Virus record (IMG/VR): IMGVR_UViG_3300009031_000221
Coordinates: 128,001-192,000 of that record
DNA length: 64,000 bases
Direction: 5' to 3' (one strand)
DNA from: a virus
Lineage: Duplodnaviria; Caudoviricetes
Shown: piece by piece, positions 18,901 through 26,966 of the stretch
Position numbering within the stretch: position 1 is the stretch's first letter
Layout of the letters: each line of letters opens with the position of its first letter
Notes under the pieces: model-generated
What the model saw: only the letters and a program-made list of their open reading frames with translations
Database searches by the model: none
What the model was told of the DNA's origin: nothing
Program-made: the position numbers and the translations under genes

Positions 18901-21367
18901 TCACTTCCTTAACATGATCCACACCCGACTTGCCAACATACTTAACGGTTGCCTTGCCCCCAGAAAACGTAACATGCTTCTTACGCCAACCGGTAACCCC
19001 GAAATGCCCTTCCTTGGCGGATTCATCATTGCCAACACGCTCGAAGGTTTCATCCATCAACCCGACAGCCAATGCCGTGTACCGAATCTTTTCATCATCA
19101 GACTTCAGGTCTTTGCGATACTGCGCCCGTAGTTTATCGATATGCCCTCGGAGCTTTTCAATTTGCCCCGCCTTGTCCTTGTTACGATCCGCAATCTGAC
19201 GGTCACTATACTCATAGACGATCATATCTTCGCCGTCTTTGGTCTTGACCTTCTTCTTGTCCTGGTATTTGGCAGCTACTCGACGTGCAGCCATCAATCG
19301 AATGTATTCCGGAGTGTGCCCCACCAAACCTTCCTTACCATCAGCTAATAGCTCAATATCCCCCGCAATTGGGGGCTTTGGGGGTGCCTTGTCTTCCCGA
19401 ATCTTGAATAGGTTGACAACTTGTTTCTTTCCGGTAGGAGTTTCGATTAGAACTGTTGGGTCGCCCTTCTCGCTAACCCCGAAGTCCCTGATTAGCCCAT
19501 GCTTATTCTTGTATTTTCCGAACAGAACAGGATCCCCTTCGTTGACATTGAATACTTTTGCGATATGCACAGGCTGTTCCATGTATCGATTCGCAACTCG
19601 AACTTCTATGGACAATGCAGTCTTCCCCCTACGAGCCATCTCCACATGAATTCGGTTTTCCCACCTTGAAGCGGAAGTAGCCAGTACGGGGTCATCAAGC
19701 AATACCGTCCGTGCGGTATCCATTAATGTACGAATCTCCGCACCCTTGAGTTCGTATTTACGAATCTGTCCGGGCATATCGATAACTTTGCCCGGTTGCT
19801 CCAGGACATCTACAAATGCCTCGCCCTCTTCAGCACCCATCTGAACCGTGATTTCCCGAACGCGATCCTTCTGGGCGGGTGTCAAGAACCCCAAGCGCCT
19901 GCCCACGGGCATACCCAAATCCATCAAGTCAAACAGGAATGCCAAATCCCCCTTTCGTTCCGCCCAGTTTGCCAATGCCTCACGGAAGGGTTTATCCGAC
20001 TGTGCAATGGACTTGACAACATCCAGCAATCCTAGTTTGTCCATTTCCAACAATGCACGTTTGCCAACCCCTGTTTCATAGAACAAGGTGATGATCATAT
20101 TAGACAAATGCCCGCCAGGAATATTGCGGAGCTTGTCCTTGTTCTTCTTGATGGATGCTTCAACCTCGGGATCGATCTTGAATCCATATTTCAACAGGAA
20201 CTTGATAGCCCGAATCATCCGGCTGGGGTCATCCGAGAATGTCTGGTCGGGGCTAGAAGGGCAACGCATTACCCCTTCCTGAAGATCCTTCAGGCCACAA
20301 CCCGTCAAGTCCAGGATTTCCGCTTTATCCGGCCCATCCGCCAAGTCATGCATTCTCCACAATAGAGTGTTGAATGTGAATTCACGACGAAATGTGTCAT
20401 CCTTGATATTGGCTGGGGCGACTGCATCAGGCTTATAGCCTCCCGCATAGGATTCAGTACGGGCATTTGCAATCTCAATGACCTCACCCGATAGATTCTG
20501 TCCCCCGACTTCCCAATCACCTTTGATGGTGAGGATTGCCACCCCATAGTTATTGGTTGTCAAGTTCGTGTCAGTTGGGATTGCCCGCTGCAACTGCTTG
20601 GCAAACCATTCCGAATCCTTACCCTTTAGTGCTACCGAATCAATGACGACATCGATGTCCTTGATAGGTTCCTTGATGATGAAATTACGTACAGCCCCAC
20701 CAACAACGTAGACATGCTTGGATACGCCCAGCTTTGTAGCCACGTTGGACAGGAACTTCATTAGTTCTACAGATACCTGATGTTGCATGGCGTCTACAAT
20801 ACGGGAGGCCATTCGGGTAGGATTCCCAAATTCCACTACATGAACCTTGGGCAAACCCCATATCTCGATGCCATCGAACGTCCAATCCCCCTGCGGAAGG
20901 ATCCCATCAAATTCGGTTTCCAGGCCGTCTAGGTATGCCAAGGTGACGTGCGGGGAGTAGACCAGGGGAAAGTAGTCATCTACATCAAATCCGGCGCCCA
21001 TGAGGGCATCCCGGAGTTTCCACCGCAATGCAGCCAAGTCATGGCTGTACCGAACTCGCATAATCGCGACTCGCCGTTCCTTGTCGGGTTGTGCAAAATA
21101 GTCTGGCCCATATACATGGGCTTTCACACCACCCCGAATTTCAGCCAATACACGAGATGAAATATCCAGGAATTCGGATTCCCGTTCCTTGGATACGGTG
21201 CCTACATACAGGAATGTTGTATGTGGGACGGATTGATCCTCGGACCCAAGATCAGGAAACTGATCCCCCAATTCTTTGGATAGAGGGATGAAGAACCCTA
21301 CACCTGTGCCGTCACCGGTTTTCTTACCGTCAGACGCACCCGCGTATTTATTCCAAGCTGTGATCAC
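15971..21367 (-). CDS. Multidomain polyprotein: 2H phosphoesterase, CCA/poly(A)-type nucleotidyltransferase, SH3-like domain, DNA topoisomerase IB, Zn finger, Pro/Ala-rich tail
   Basis: 2H motifs PHTT and PHVT. NTase motifs VGGAVRN..DID, DDTFRREFTFN and DDPSRMIRA. Topo IB motifs ERVGN, GKSG, KDIRGFHAN, GH and SQYL. Zn finger CHYC..C.C...CDQC. Confidence 0.9.
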   Translation of the reverse strand: MITAWNKYAGASDGKKTGDGTGVGFFIPLSKELGDQFPDLGSEDQSVPHTTFLYVGTVSKERESEFLDISSRVLAEIRGGVKAHVYGPDYFAQPDKERRVAIMRVRYSHDLAALRWKLRDALMGAGFDVDDYFPLVYSPHVTLAYLDGLETEFDGILPQGDWTFDGIEIWGLPKVHVVEFGNPTRMASRIVDAMQHQVSVELMKFLSNVATKLGVSKHVYVVGGAVRNFIIKEPIKDIDVVIDSVALKGKDSEWFAKQLQRAIPTDTNLTTNNYGVAILTIKGDWEVGGQNLSGEVIEIANARTESYAGGYKPDAVAPANIKDDTFRREFTFNTLLWRMHDLADGPDKAEILDLTGCGLKDLQEGVMRCPSSPDQTFSDDPSRMIRAIKFLLKYGFKIDPEVEASIKKNKDKLRNIPGGHLSNMIITLFYETGVGKRALLEMDKLGLLDVVKSIAQSDKPFREALANWAERKGDLAFLFDLMDLGMPVGRRLGFLTPAQKDRVREITVQMGAEEGEAFVDVLEQPGKVIDMPGQIRKYELKGAEIRTLMDTARTVLLDDPVLATSASRWENRIHVEMARRGKTALSIEVRVANRYMEQPVHIAKVFNVNEGDPVLFGKYKNKHGLIRDFGVSEKGDPTVLIETPTGKKQVVNLFKIREDKAPPKPPIAGDIELLADGKEGLVGHTPEYIRLMAARRVAAKYQDKKKVKTKDGEDMIVYEYSDRQIADRNKDKAGQIEKLRGHIDKLRAQYRKDLKSDDEKIRYTALAVGLMDETFERVGNDESAKEGHFGVTGWRKKHVTFSGGKATVKYVGKSGVDHVKEVKDAVLVKALKDATKGKGEDSPLCEGEDCRITAEDVNVYLKPFDISAKDIRGFHANTEMQERLKAVRSKGGKLPTDKKEREKKLKGEFKTALDETAEAVGHESATLRSQYLVPGLEDEYLKDGNVSESFEKKGFSKAAFDINRALLAQFIRKGHTLKAIHASGIGHFRLECHYCGNVIQCRCPKWLHSDRLSVTGVCDQCLESLDPATGMARVATKTHAEREDDAANANIRPAPKSKPPRQDLRNHRVDPDKPSVADGGAEDDPDLSLNYKRVAYQWVLSKGSAVPPAPPGPTGPKGPEGPKGPEGPDTPKTDEPEHKPGEVWQTDKGWAAKNPDGDRETFEEKEQAEAYAKGETAEGTGEDKGEGGAKAPTEDPAKKHGEHIDNLAKALEEGNSKNIRGIMKDLDAMYESDPELAKHKPALDKAVKDFNKSTTDLRLASKAMENSKSDKAKAESQTMMDAAEKLRNDSLSGIRDLAKAPGSTEAPAATPAPEVPAPPAAAPAAPTPPAAAPTPPAAAPAAPTPPAATPPATPAEKAPKDKKPPVVRSGPVNIGGQDANNEPKSPDQLNARATTAYKQYMSGDIDSKERDAATQHVVAEIAKAKPGSPLHSELKSVLSGLNLAAIANGDKPIMVDGKPLQPSPSRQYVALAKAMIDKGSADLLLGSPDNFYSPDSRERIRKALDSMKDKDIAVVHGFAKEDPMFRALNSGDVSKEAKEVLKNFLNDMAVDNMTTSHASLQAGFDISEGGEGEDKGEEAKPESGAKARKKISPKEMEALNARVHDKASSSPEYIKAADEMTKCLRDSGSDVAAMQACKDTKGPIARVAYLKAQMEAMKAEGWDPPDDDPSVVQMRRVIETGDVGELDKKYVKAEPEEAPEDDEPPAIPKVHPADKSAIEEFHAANKDKIKDKSPAELMRDFLEHAKPETRERMKDMTPDEFMESMGAIMGGADSSGSSPGKTSQYQGRVRMTWMRQQR
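17325..17405. repeat. Tandem 30/21/30-nt repeats encoding a TPPAA(APA) linker
   Basis: gccgcaggaggcgttggcg(ccgctggcg)ct x3. Confidence 0.85.
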
Positions 21368-21391
21368 AGGAGACCTCCCTAGGGGAGTCCA

Positions 21392-21407
21392 ATAGACTTA
21401 GAACCGA
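21392..21407 (-). promoter_or_regulatory. Putative late promoter for the polyprotein
   Basis: TCGGTT-ctaagt-CTAT, 25 nt upstream of ATG 21367. Confidence 0.6.
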
Positions 21408-21411
21408 AGTT

Positions 21412-23106
21412 CTAGAACCGTTCCGTGCCCTCGGCAGGCGGCTTCTTGTACTTCAGGCCCAAGTTCCCCGCGACCTTCTCTGTGATCTCGGTCGATTCAA
21501 CCAGAGCTTCACCAACACGGCTGTATGCCGCACGGACAACTTCATTCATCGAGGAGTCACTCAATGTAAACAAGTCGTTCTTCAACCCTTCGGCTGCCGT
21601 CACAGGATCGATGTTCAGCAGATCCAAAATGACATCGATTGGAATCGAACCCTTCTGGTACAGGCTGAATAGTGCATCATAGGTGTCCGCCGTATCCCGA
21701 AGCGCCAACCGTGTAAACGTCAGCTTCGGAACAATGACCTCAAGGATCCCATCTTCATCTTCTTCAACGAACCCCATGCGAGCGCACATTGGTTTGAAGA
21801 AGTATTCCTCAACTAGATCCTGCAGCATTTCGCGAAGTAGCATAAATCTAGTGTTGATAACCTCGAGGTGAATACGATCGCCGGAGTATGATGATTCACC
21901 GGATAGCAAACTCTCCGTCACACCTAGACCGGCATACAACTGCCTATCCGTCAAGTCATAAACCCATGACCAGTCAGGCAACCGTTGATCCGCACCCATT
22001 TCCTCCCAGTTGACCTGGAAGTTGGTGATGATCGAGTAATCAGGGTCTTGCAATGCAAGGTCAACCTGTTCACGCAAAGCGTCCGTCTGCTCATCAGACA
22101 TGTCCTCAGCATAGATCAATCGATAGGGCGTCATGTGACGCGACGCAATGCTAGTCAAAGACTGGCGAACCTTGTCCCGGAATACCAATGTCCGGAGGCA
22201 TCGCTGAAGGATGGACTTGCCACGCGGCTCATAAGGGCTCCGCTTGCGAGCCATGAAGTGACAGAAACTGCCTGCTTCGGGATCAGTATTCAGTGGGACA
22301 TTCCGCCCTTCAGCTACAGCCTCCACAATTTCAATCGGCATCGAGTTGGCAATACGCTGTGCTTGAGCATCCCCTTGACGGGCGCGCTCAATAATAGCCT
22401 TGGTCTTGGAGTCGGGCACTAGCTCAATGAGCTTCTCGTCCGTGAATGGGAATGACTCAACACGCACTTGCTCAGGGGGCAAGCATCGAATAGCTGTCCA
22501 ACCCTTGTAATTCTGATTGAGCCACTTGATCTCGCGTTCATCTGCATCCTCGAAGGGTTCCCAACGCTCGAGGAATTTCCCGTCAGCTGTGATTTCCCGA
22601 ATGGCTTGTTCCCGTACTTCACGGGGCATATCAGGATTGGTGTCCTCGATGAACAGCGCAACCTCACCAATCAGGTTCCACTCGTGAGTGACTTCCATGA
22701 GGCGACGTAGGAGCCCTACCTTCTTTGCCCACTTGGTGCAGAATCGCATTGACTTCTCAGCCAATTCCCGATTCCGTGCATCAGGCATGCCAACCCGAAC
22801 CTTGGACAACGGAAGCTCTGTGTGCAAGTCAATCGCCTGCCCAACAAAGGGTTCGTAGTCATAGAAGAATCGGTAGTAGTTATGTTGTTCGTCAACAGAC
22901 TGCGGTAGCTCGAGGAAGTCCGTCGATAGTTCAGGTGAGTAGAAATTACCGCCTGAACCAGCCTGGACACCGCCTGCCATCGGGAATGCGACTTTTGCCC
23001 GCATCGCTGTGGTGATGACTTTGCCGGGTTTGCCGACTGAAACACCAGGGCGTTGAGGGACAACCGCTACTTTGACGGTTTCATCAGGATTATTCTTGCG
23101 AGCCAT
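21412..23106 (-). CDS. Portal protein
   Basis: About 565 aa, downstream of terminase; YDYEPFVGQAIDLH, HFMARKRSPYEPRGKSILQRCLRTL. Confidence 0.8.
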   Translation of the reverse strand: MARKNNPDETVKVAVVPQRPGVSVGKPGKVITTAMRAKVAFPMAGGVQAGSGGNFYSPELSTDFLELPQSVDEQHNYYRFFYDYEPFVGQAIDLHTELPLSKVRVGMPDARNRELAEKSMRFCTKWAKKVGLLRRLMEVTHEWNLIGEVALFIEDTNPDMPREVREQAIREITADGKFLERWEPFEDADEREIKWLNQNYKGWTAIRCLPPEQVRVESFPFTDEKLIELVPDSKTKAIIERARQGDAQAQRIANSMPIEIVEAVAEGRNVPLNTDPEAGSFCHFMARKRSPYEPRGKSILQRCLRTLVFRDKVRQSLTSIASRHMTPYRLIYAEDMSDEQTDALREQVDLALQDPDYSIITNFQVNWEEMGADQRLPDWSWVYDLTDRQLYAGLGVTESLLSGESSYSGDRIHLEVINTRFMLLREMLQDLVEEYFFKPMCARMGFVEEDEDGILEVIVPKLTFTRLALRDTADTYDALFSLYQKGSIPIDVILDLLNIDPVTAAEGLKNDLFTLSDSSMNEVVRAAYSRVGEALVESTEITEKVAGNLGLKYKKPPAEGTERF

Positions 23107-23524
23107 AAATGCCTCTTGCTGCAATCAGCTTCTTCTTAGCTTCATCGGCAGTTCGTTTTGCTTCCCGCGATGCACGGAATGCTTTCAATCGATCGGAGTC
23201 CGAATATTCGGAACCCACACGTTCATTCAAAGGAACCACAGGTCTAATAGATGCAATCCTACCTAGGCATTGATCAATGATCCCCTGCGTATCCTTAGCA
23301 CGGCGCAATCCCGATGATTCCGATCCATTACGGCGCCCTTCCGAAGCCATTTTCGAACATATATCCGCAGCGTGGCGAAGGGACTTTTCGGCATCCCGCA
23401 AATGCTTTCGCATTTCGATTTCTGCCAACCGAATCTGGTTCTCGTGTTGTTCCTGCTGCCTAGTCTGTTGATCAGCTTTCGCTTTATCTTGTGCTTCTTG
23501 ACGTGATGTCACTTTGCACCCCAT
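23090..23524 (-). CDS. Hypothetical coiled-coil protein
   Basis: Overlapping ORF between terminase and portal. Confidence 0.55.
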   Translation of the reverse strand: MGCKVTSRQEAQDKAKADQQTRQQEQHENQIRLAEIEMRKHLRDAEKSLRHAADICSKMASEGRRNGSESSGLRRAKDTQGIIDQCLGRIASIRPVVPLNERVGSEYSDSDRLKAFRASREAKRTADEAKKKLIAARGIYGSQE

Positions 23525-23769
23525 TCATAATGTTTGGTGAGCTTCCCAATATTGTTTGCTCTACGGACGATACGTTTGATCAAACCAATGTCATCAGGGG
23601 ATCCATTGAACAGCCTCTGCCAGGATCCGCCCGCCTTGGAAAACACACGGCTTATGAGGTTAAATTCCTCAGGCACGTCCTCTACCTTACCACCCAAAAG
23701 AGATGACATGACCCGTTTGATGAATCGATGATCTGCACGGACAGGGGATTGTGGATCGGGTGTTGCCAT
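23509..23769 (-). CDS. Hypothetical protein
   Basis: Starts 2 nt after the TerL stop. Confidence 0.55.
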   Translation of the reverse strand: MATPDPQSPVRADHRFIKRVMSSLLGGKVEDVPEEFNLISRVFSKAGGSWQRLFNGSPDDIGLIKRIVRRANNIGKLTKHYEWGAK

Positions 23770-23770
23770 G

Positions 23771-25732
23771 TTACCTACCTCGGGTATGCCCTCTTAGGCT
23801 TCGTGATTGTTGCCGGTCAGGGCTACTACCTGACCTTCGTGCTTGCATGGCCAATCTAACATTGTCACGAGATGAACCTTGAACACCACCCGCAGAACCT
23901 CGATGAGTTCCTGTCCGAACACCGGAAATCAATTTCGGTTTGGTCATATGATCCGAAGCCAACCAAATCATACGAACTAATGCGTCAGGGCGGTCGTCAT
24001 GTTTACCTTCAATATTGGGGGCTTCTACCTTGATGACATACTTGGATTTCTTTTCTTCTTGAAGCTCCATCATTTCCTCAATGTAAGCACAATGTTCCTT
24101 CCCATCCTCAATAGGCCAATCGTAAAGGACAAGGCGCTTGTCCCACATCATATCCTTGAAATTCTTGTAGACTTCCGAGTTGATGACATCCGTAAAATGC
24201 GTCCGCTGGATCTGATGCAATCCTCGCTTTGCCAATGCCTGCTCGAATGGAATTCCGGCGTGCTGGTCAATTACTCCATGGGCAATAAAGTACTTCTTGG
24301 ACAACCGTTGAATCCAATCCGCTACTTCCTCAAAATTGAGGGTGTCCACATTTTCATATTTGCCCTCGCCCGCCTTCATCTGGTCAATGAGGTCCAAAAC
24401 GATAACAGGCCCCCGTTCCGAGGATTCCAAATGTCCAATAGCAACAGCCGTCGCGTCCCCCTTTAGGGCCAAGTCGATTGCGATGAAGTGCGGACGGCGA
24501 GCGGGGATTGCTTGTCCAGGCCTGTGTGTCGGATCAATACAATCAAACAGGTCTTGTGGACGATCCAGATAGCCTCGAGTACGGTCGGTGAACCTACCTC
24601 CAAACTCCGTGAAGAATGACGTGGCATCCTTCATATATTCACTTTCAAAAGCCGAAGCCGGAAGGGTTGGGTTCACTTCCCAGGTTGGCGCCTCGATACA
24701 CAACATATTTCCAGACCCACGGCCACCCTTCATGCCCTGCTGAAAGAGCTTGTAGAACATCCCCTGCTTGCCCAAGGGGGATGAAATGGCAATGATACGG
24801 GCTTCTACGTCCCCAATAGGTCGTTTGTAGTTCTTGGGATCCTTATGCGAGAAGGTCGCCATAGACGGCGTAACCGCCTTGTAAACAGATTCAGCGGAAC
24901 TAGATCCCGATTCCTCTGTAAAGTGCGCCATCTCGTCAAGGATAACCACGATGTTACCAGCACCACGAAGGCCTTGGGCAATACATGACATGAAGGTAAC
25001 CTTGAGGGTCGCCTTTGCCGTCGCATCGTCAACATATCTGCCATACCGTTCCACATCTTTAGGCGTCTGGAATCGGGCGTATGTCTGTGTATTATTCGCG
25101 GTATAGGGGGAGAAGAATCCGCAATTACGGAAGTGGCTCGATACCTCCTGGTAAAGAAGTCCTGCCTGATCCTTTCCCGTTGCGACAGAAATGATCTGGA
25201 TGTTGTTACCAGGGGGCAACCCGTAGTACTCCTGAGGGTTCCCCTTCAGAATCAACTTGTACGTTTCATAGCCCGCGATAATAGCCGCGATGTAGGTTTT
25301 GCCGGAACGACGTCCAATGGACAGAACCAATTCTCGTCGCTCGTGGTCTACCTCAGCGATGTTCGCCCGACCTTCTGAATACAGAAACCGTAGATATCCG
25401 GCCTCCGTCATATACCTAGGATTGGATCGATCCCAATCCGTTATGGGCACGCGATTCTTGTAATGAAGGTAATCTAGACTGTTTTCGTCTAGATCCGTAA
25501 TAATATCATAATCAGGATGATCTAGTGGAATAGGATCATCCAATGAAACCCCATAAGAGTTGTCATCTAGCTTAAGACCGTAATGGGCCTTGAGGATGAT
25601 TTTCTGTACGGGGAAAAGGGATAGCCCTAGCCCCCAATCAGGAGACTCCGCAAACTCAATTACGTTGGCAGGTTCCCGCTTGACATTGTTAGTCGCTTGG
25701 CTGACGCCAAGAATAAGCTCGGAGAAACTCAA
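23771..25732 (-). CDS. terL: Terminase large subunit
   Basis: Walker A IGRRSGKT, Walker B VILDEMAHF, coupling motif ISSP, nuclease AIDLALKGD...HDDRPD. Confidence 0.92.
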   Translation of the reverse strand: MSFSELILGVSQATNNVKREPANVIEFAESPDWGLGLSLFPVQKIILKAHYGLKLDDNSYGVSLDDPIPLDHPDYDIITDLDENSLDYLHYKNRVPITDWDRSNPRYMTEAGYLRFLYSEGRANIAEVDHERRELVLSIGRRSGKTYIAAIIAGYETYKLILKGNPQEYYGLPPGNNIQIISVATGKDQAGLLYQEVSSHFRNCGFFSPYTANNTQTYARFQTPKDVERYGRYVDDATAKATLKVTFMSCIAQGLRGAGNIVVILDEMAHFTEESGSSSAESVYKAVTPSMATFSHKDPKNYKRPIGDVEARIIAISSPLGKQGMFYKLFQQGMKGGRGSGNMLCIEAPTWEVNPTLPASAFESEYMKDATSFFTEFGGRFTDRTRGYLDRPQDLFDCIDPTHRPGQAIPARRPHFIAIDLALKGDATAVAIGHLESSERGPVIVLDLIDQMKAGEGKYENVDTLNFEEVADWIQRLSKKYFIAHGVIDQHAGIPFEQALAKRGLHQIQRTHFTDVINSEVYKNFKDMMWDKRLVLYDWPIEDGKEHCAYIEEMMELQEEKKSKYVIKVEAPNIEGKHDDRPDALVRMIWLASDHMTKPKLISGVRTGTHRGSAGGVQGSSRDNVRLAMQARRSGSSPDRQQSRSLRGHTRGR

Positions 25733-25740
25733 ACACCCTC

Positions 25741-26421
25741 CTAGACCACATGCTTCATGCGGTTACGGGCTTCCGCTTCCCATTCATCTCCCATCATCTT
25801 AGCGAGCTTCGCGAAAACGGTTTCCACCATTTCAGGGCGTGCCCCCGAGCTAGACATGGATTCTTGAAATGTTTCCATGATGAATTTGAGAAGCACCCGA
25901 AACGCGGGAGAATTCATATCAATGCCGCGTGATGAAATCTGGTCCTTTCGCTTAAGCCACGTATCGGCAATCGCCTTCAACGCCCCAATACGACGTACAG
26001 ACAATTCACTAGTTTTTTCCCCATTTTGTTCAGCTCTTGTCCGCTCAAACCCAATACTGGCGGCTTCCTCGCCTAGAGCCATGATAATCTGATGAAGAAC
26101 ATCAGGATCCTCAGGCTTCTCGCGGGCAATCTTCAATACAGGATCGTTCAGCATAGCGTCACTTTTGAGTTGAATGACGGCGGCTGCAACACGATTAACG
26201 GGTTCCATGACTACAGTCTTAGGACGCCCAGGGTTCCCCTTCATAGATACCGGGACACCTTCCTTGTTGACCTGAATCTCATCCTTATCGGTAACTTCGT
26301 CGAGGGGCTTGTACTTACACTTGCCCATTTCATTCTTGACCTGAATGTACTTTGTGCCCTTGGGCACTTTAGCCATAAGATCATCGAATCGGTCAGTTGC
26401 CTTTGTCCTCTTGGTTGGCAT
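25741..26421 (-). CDS. Candidate terminase small subunit
   Basis: Directly upstream of TerL; AT-hook-like GNPGRPK; helical. Confidence 0.45.
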   Translation of the reverse strand: MPTKRTKATDRFDDLMAKVPKGTKYIQVKNEMGKCKYKPLDEVTDKDEIQVNKEGVPVSMKGNPGRPKTVVMEPVNRVAAAVIQLKSDAMLNDPVLKIAREKPEDPDVLHQIIMALGEEAASIGFERTRAEQNGEKTSELSVRRIGALKAIADTWLKRKDQISSRGIDMNSPAFRVLLKFIMETFQESMSSSGARPEMVETVFAKLAKMMGDEWEAEARNRMKHVV

Positions 26422-26429
26422 GGTTTCAC

Positions 26430-26966
26430 CTAGTGCGTGAACACCGGAGGCCCTGCTACAGGGACACCCTTTGTTAGGTAGCCATTCCCCGTAAACAGGG
26501 TGAATGACAATACGGTGCTATGTTGAATTGCCCTGAATTCTGTGTCATCAGCGGCATGGATATAATTTACGGTTACTACGTCAACAAGAGCTGTCGCAGA
26601 AAACCCCGGAACTCGAGATATTGCGGCCGCAATATTTGTAGCGGTATCCGCCGCCGCCGCCCCGATTAGATAATCGAAGTTGTTGATGAGGCGGTAATCC
26701 CCCATAATCAATTCCGCAGTTCCAGGAAATGTATTGTCGGCAACCTTGAATGACCCAGTGGCCTGGACAGGCCCCGTATTCGGGGTGATCATCATGCCAT
26801 TACCAAGGGCTCCAGCATCACTCAAAATCGGGCCTTGTGTAACCGTCTTCCTATTTGGACGAGGGCGCCCCAGGACGCCCGGTACTGCGGGATCCGTTCC
26901 GTAGGGATACGTATTGAGGAGCATCTTAAACCCCCCAGCTGATTTGACGCCCTTGTTATTCATCAC
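26430..26966 (-). CDS. Hypothetical virion protein
   Basis: Tightly coupled ORF in the structural run. Confidence 0.6.
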   Translation of the reverse strand: MMNNKGVKSAGGFKMLLNTYPYGTDPAVPGVLGRPRPNRKTVTQGPILSDAGALGNGMMITPNTGPVQATGSFKVADNTFPGTAELIMGDYRLINNFDYLIGAAAADTATNIAAAISRVPGFSATALVDVVTVNYIHAADDTEFRAIQHSTVLSFTLFTGNGYLTKGVPVAGPPVFTH

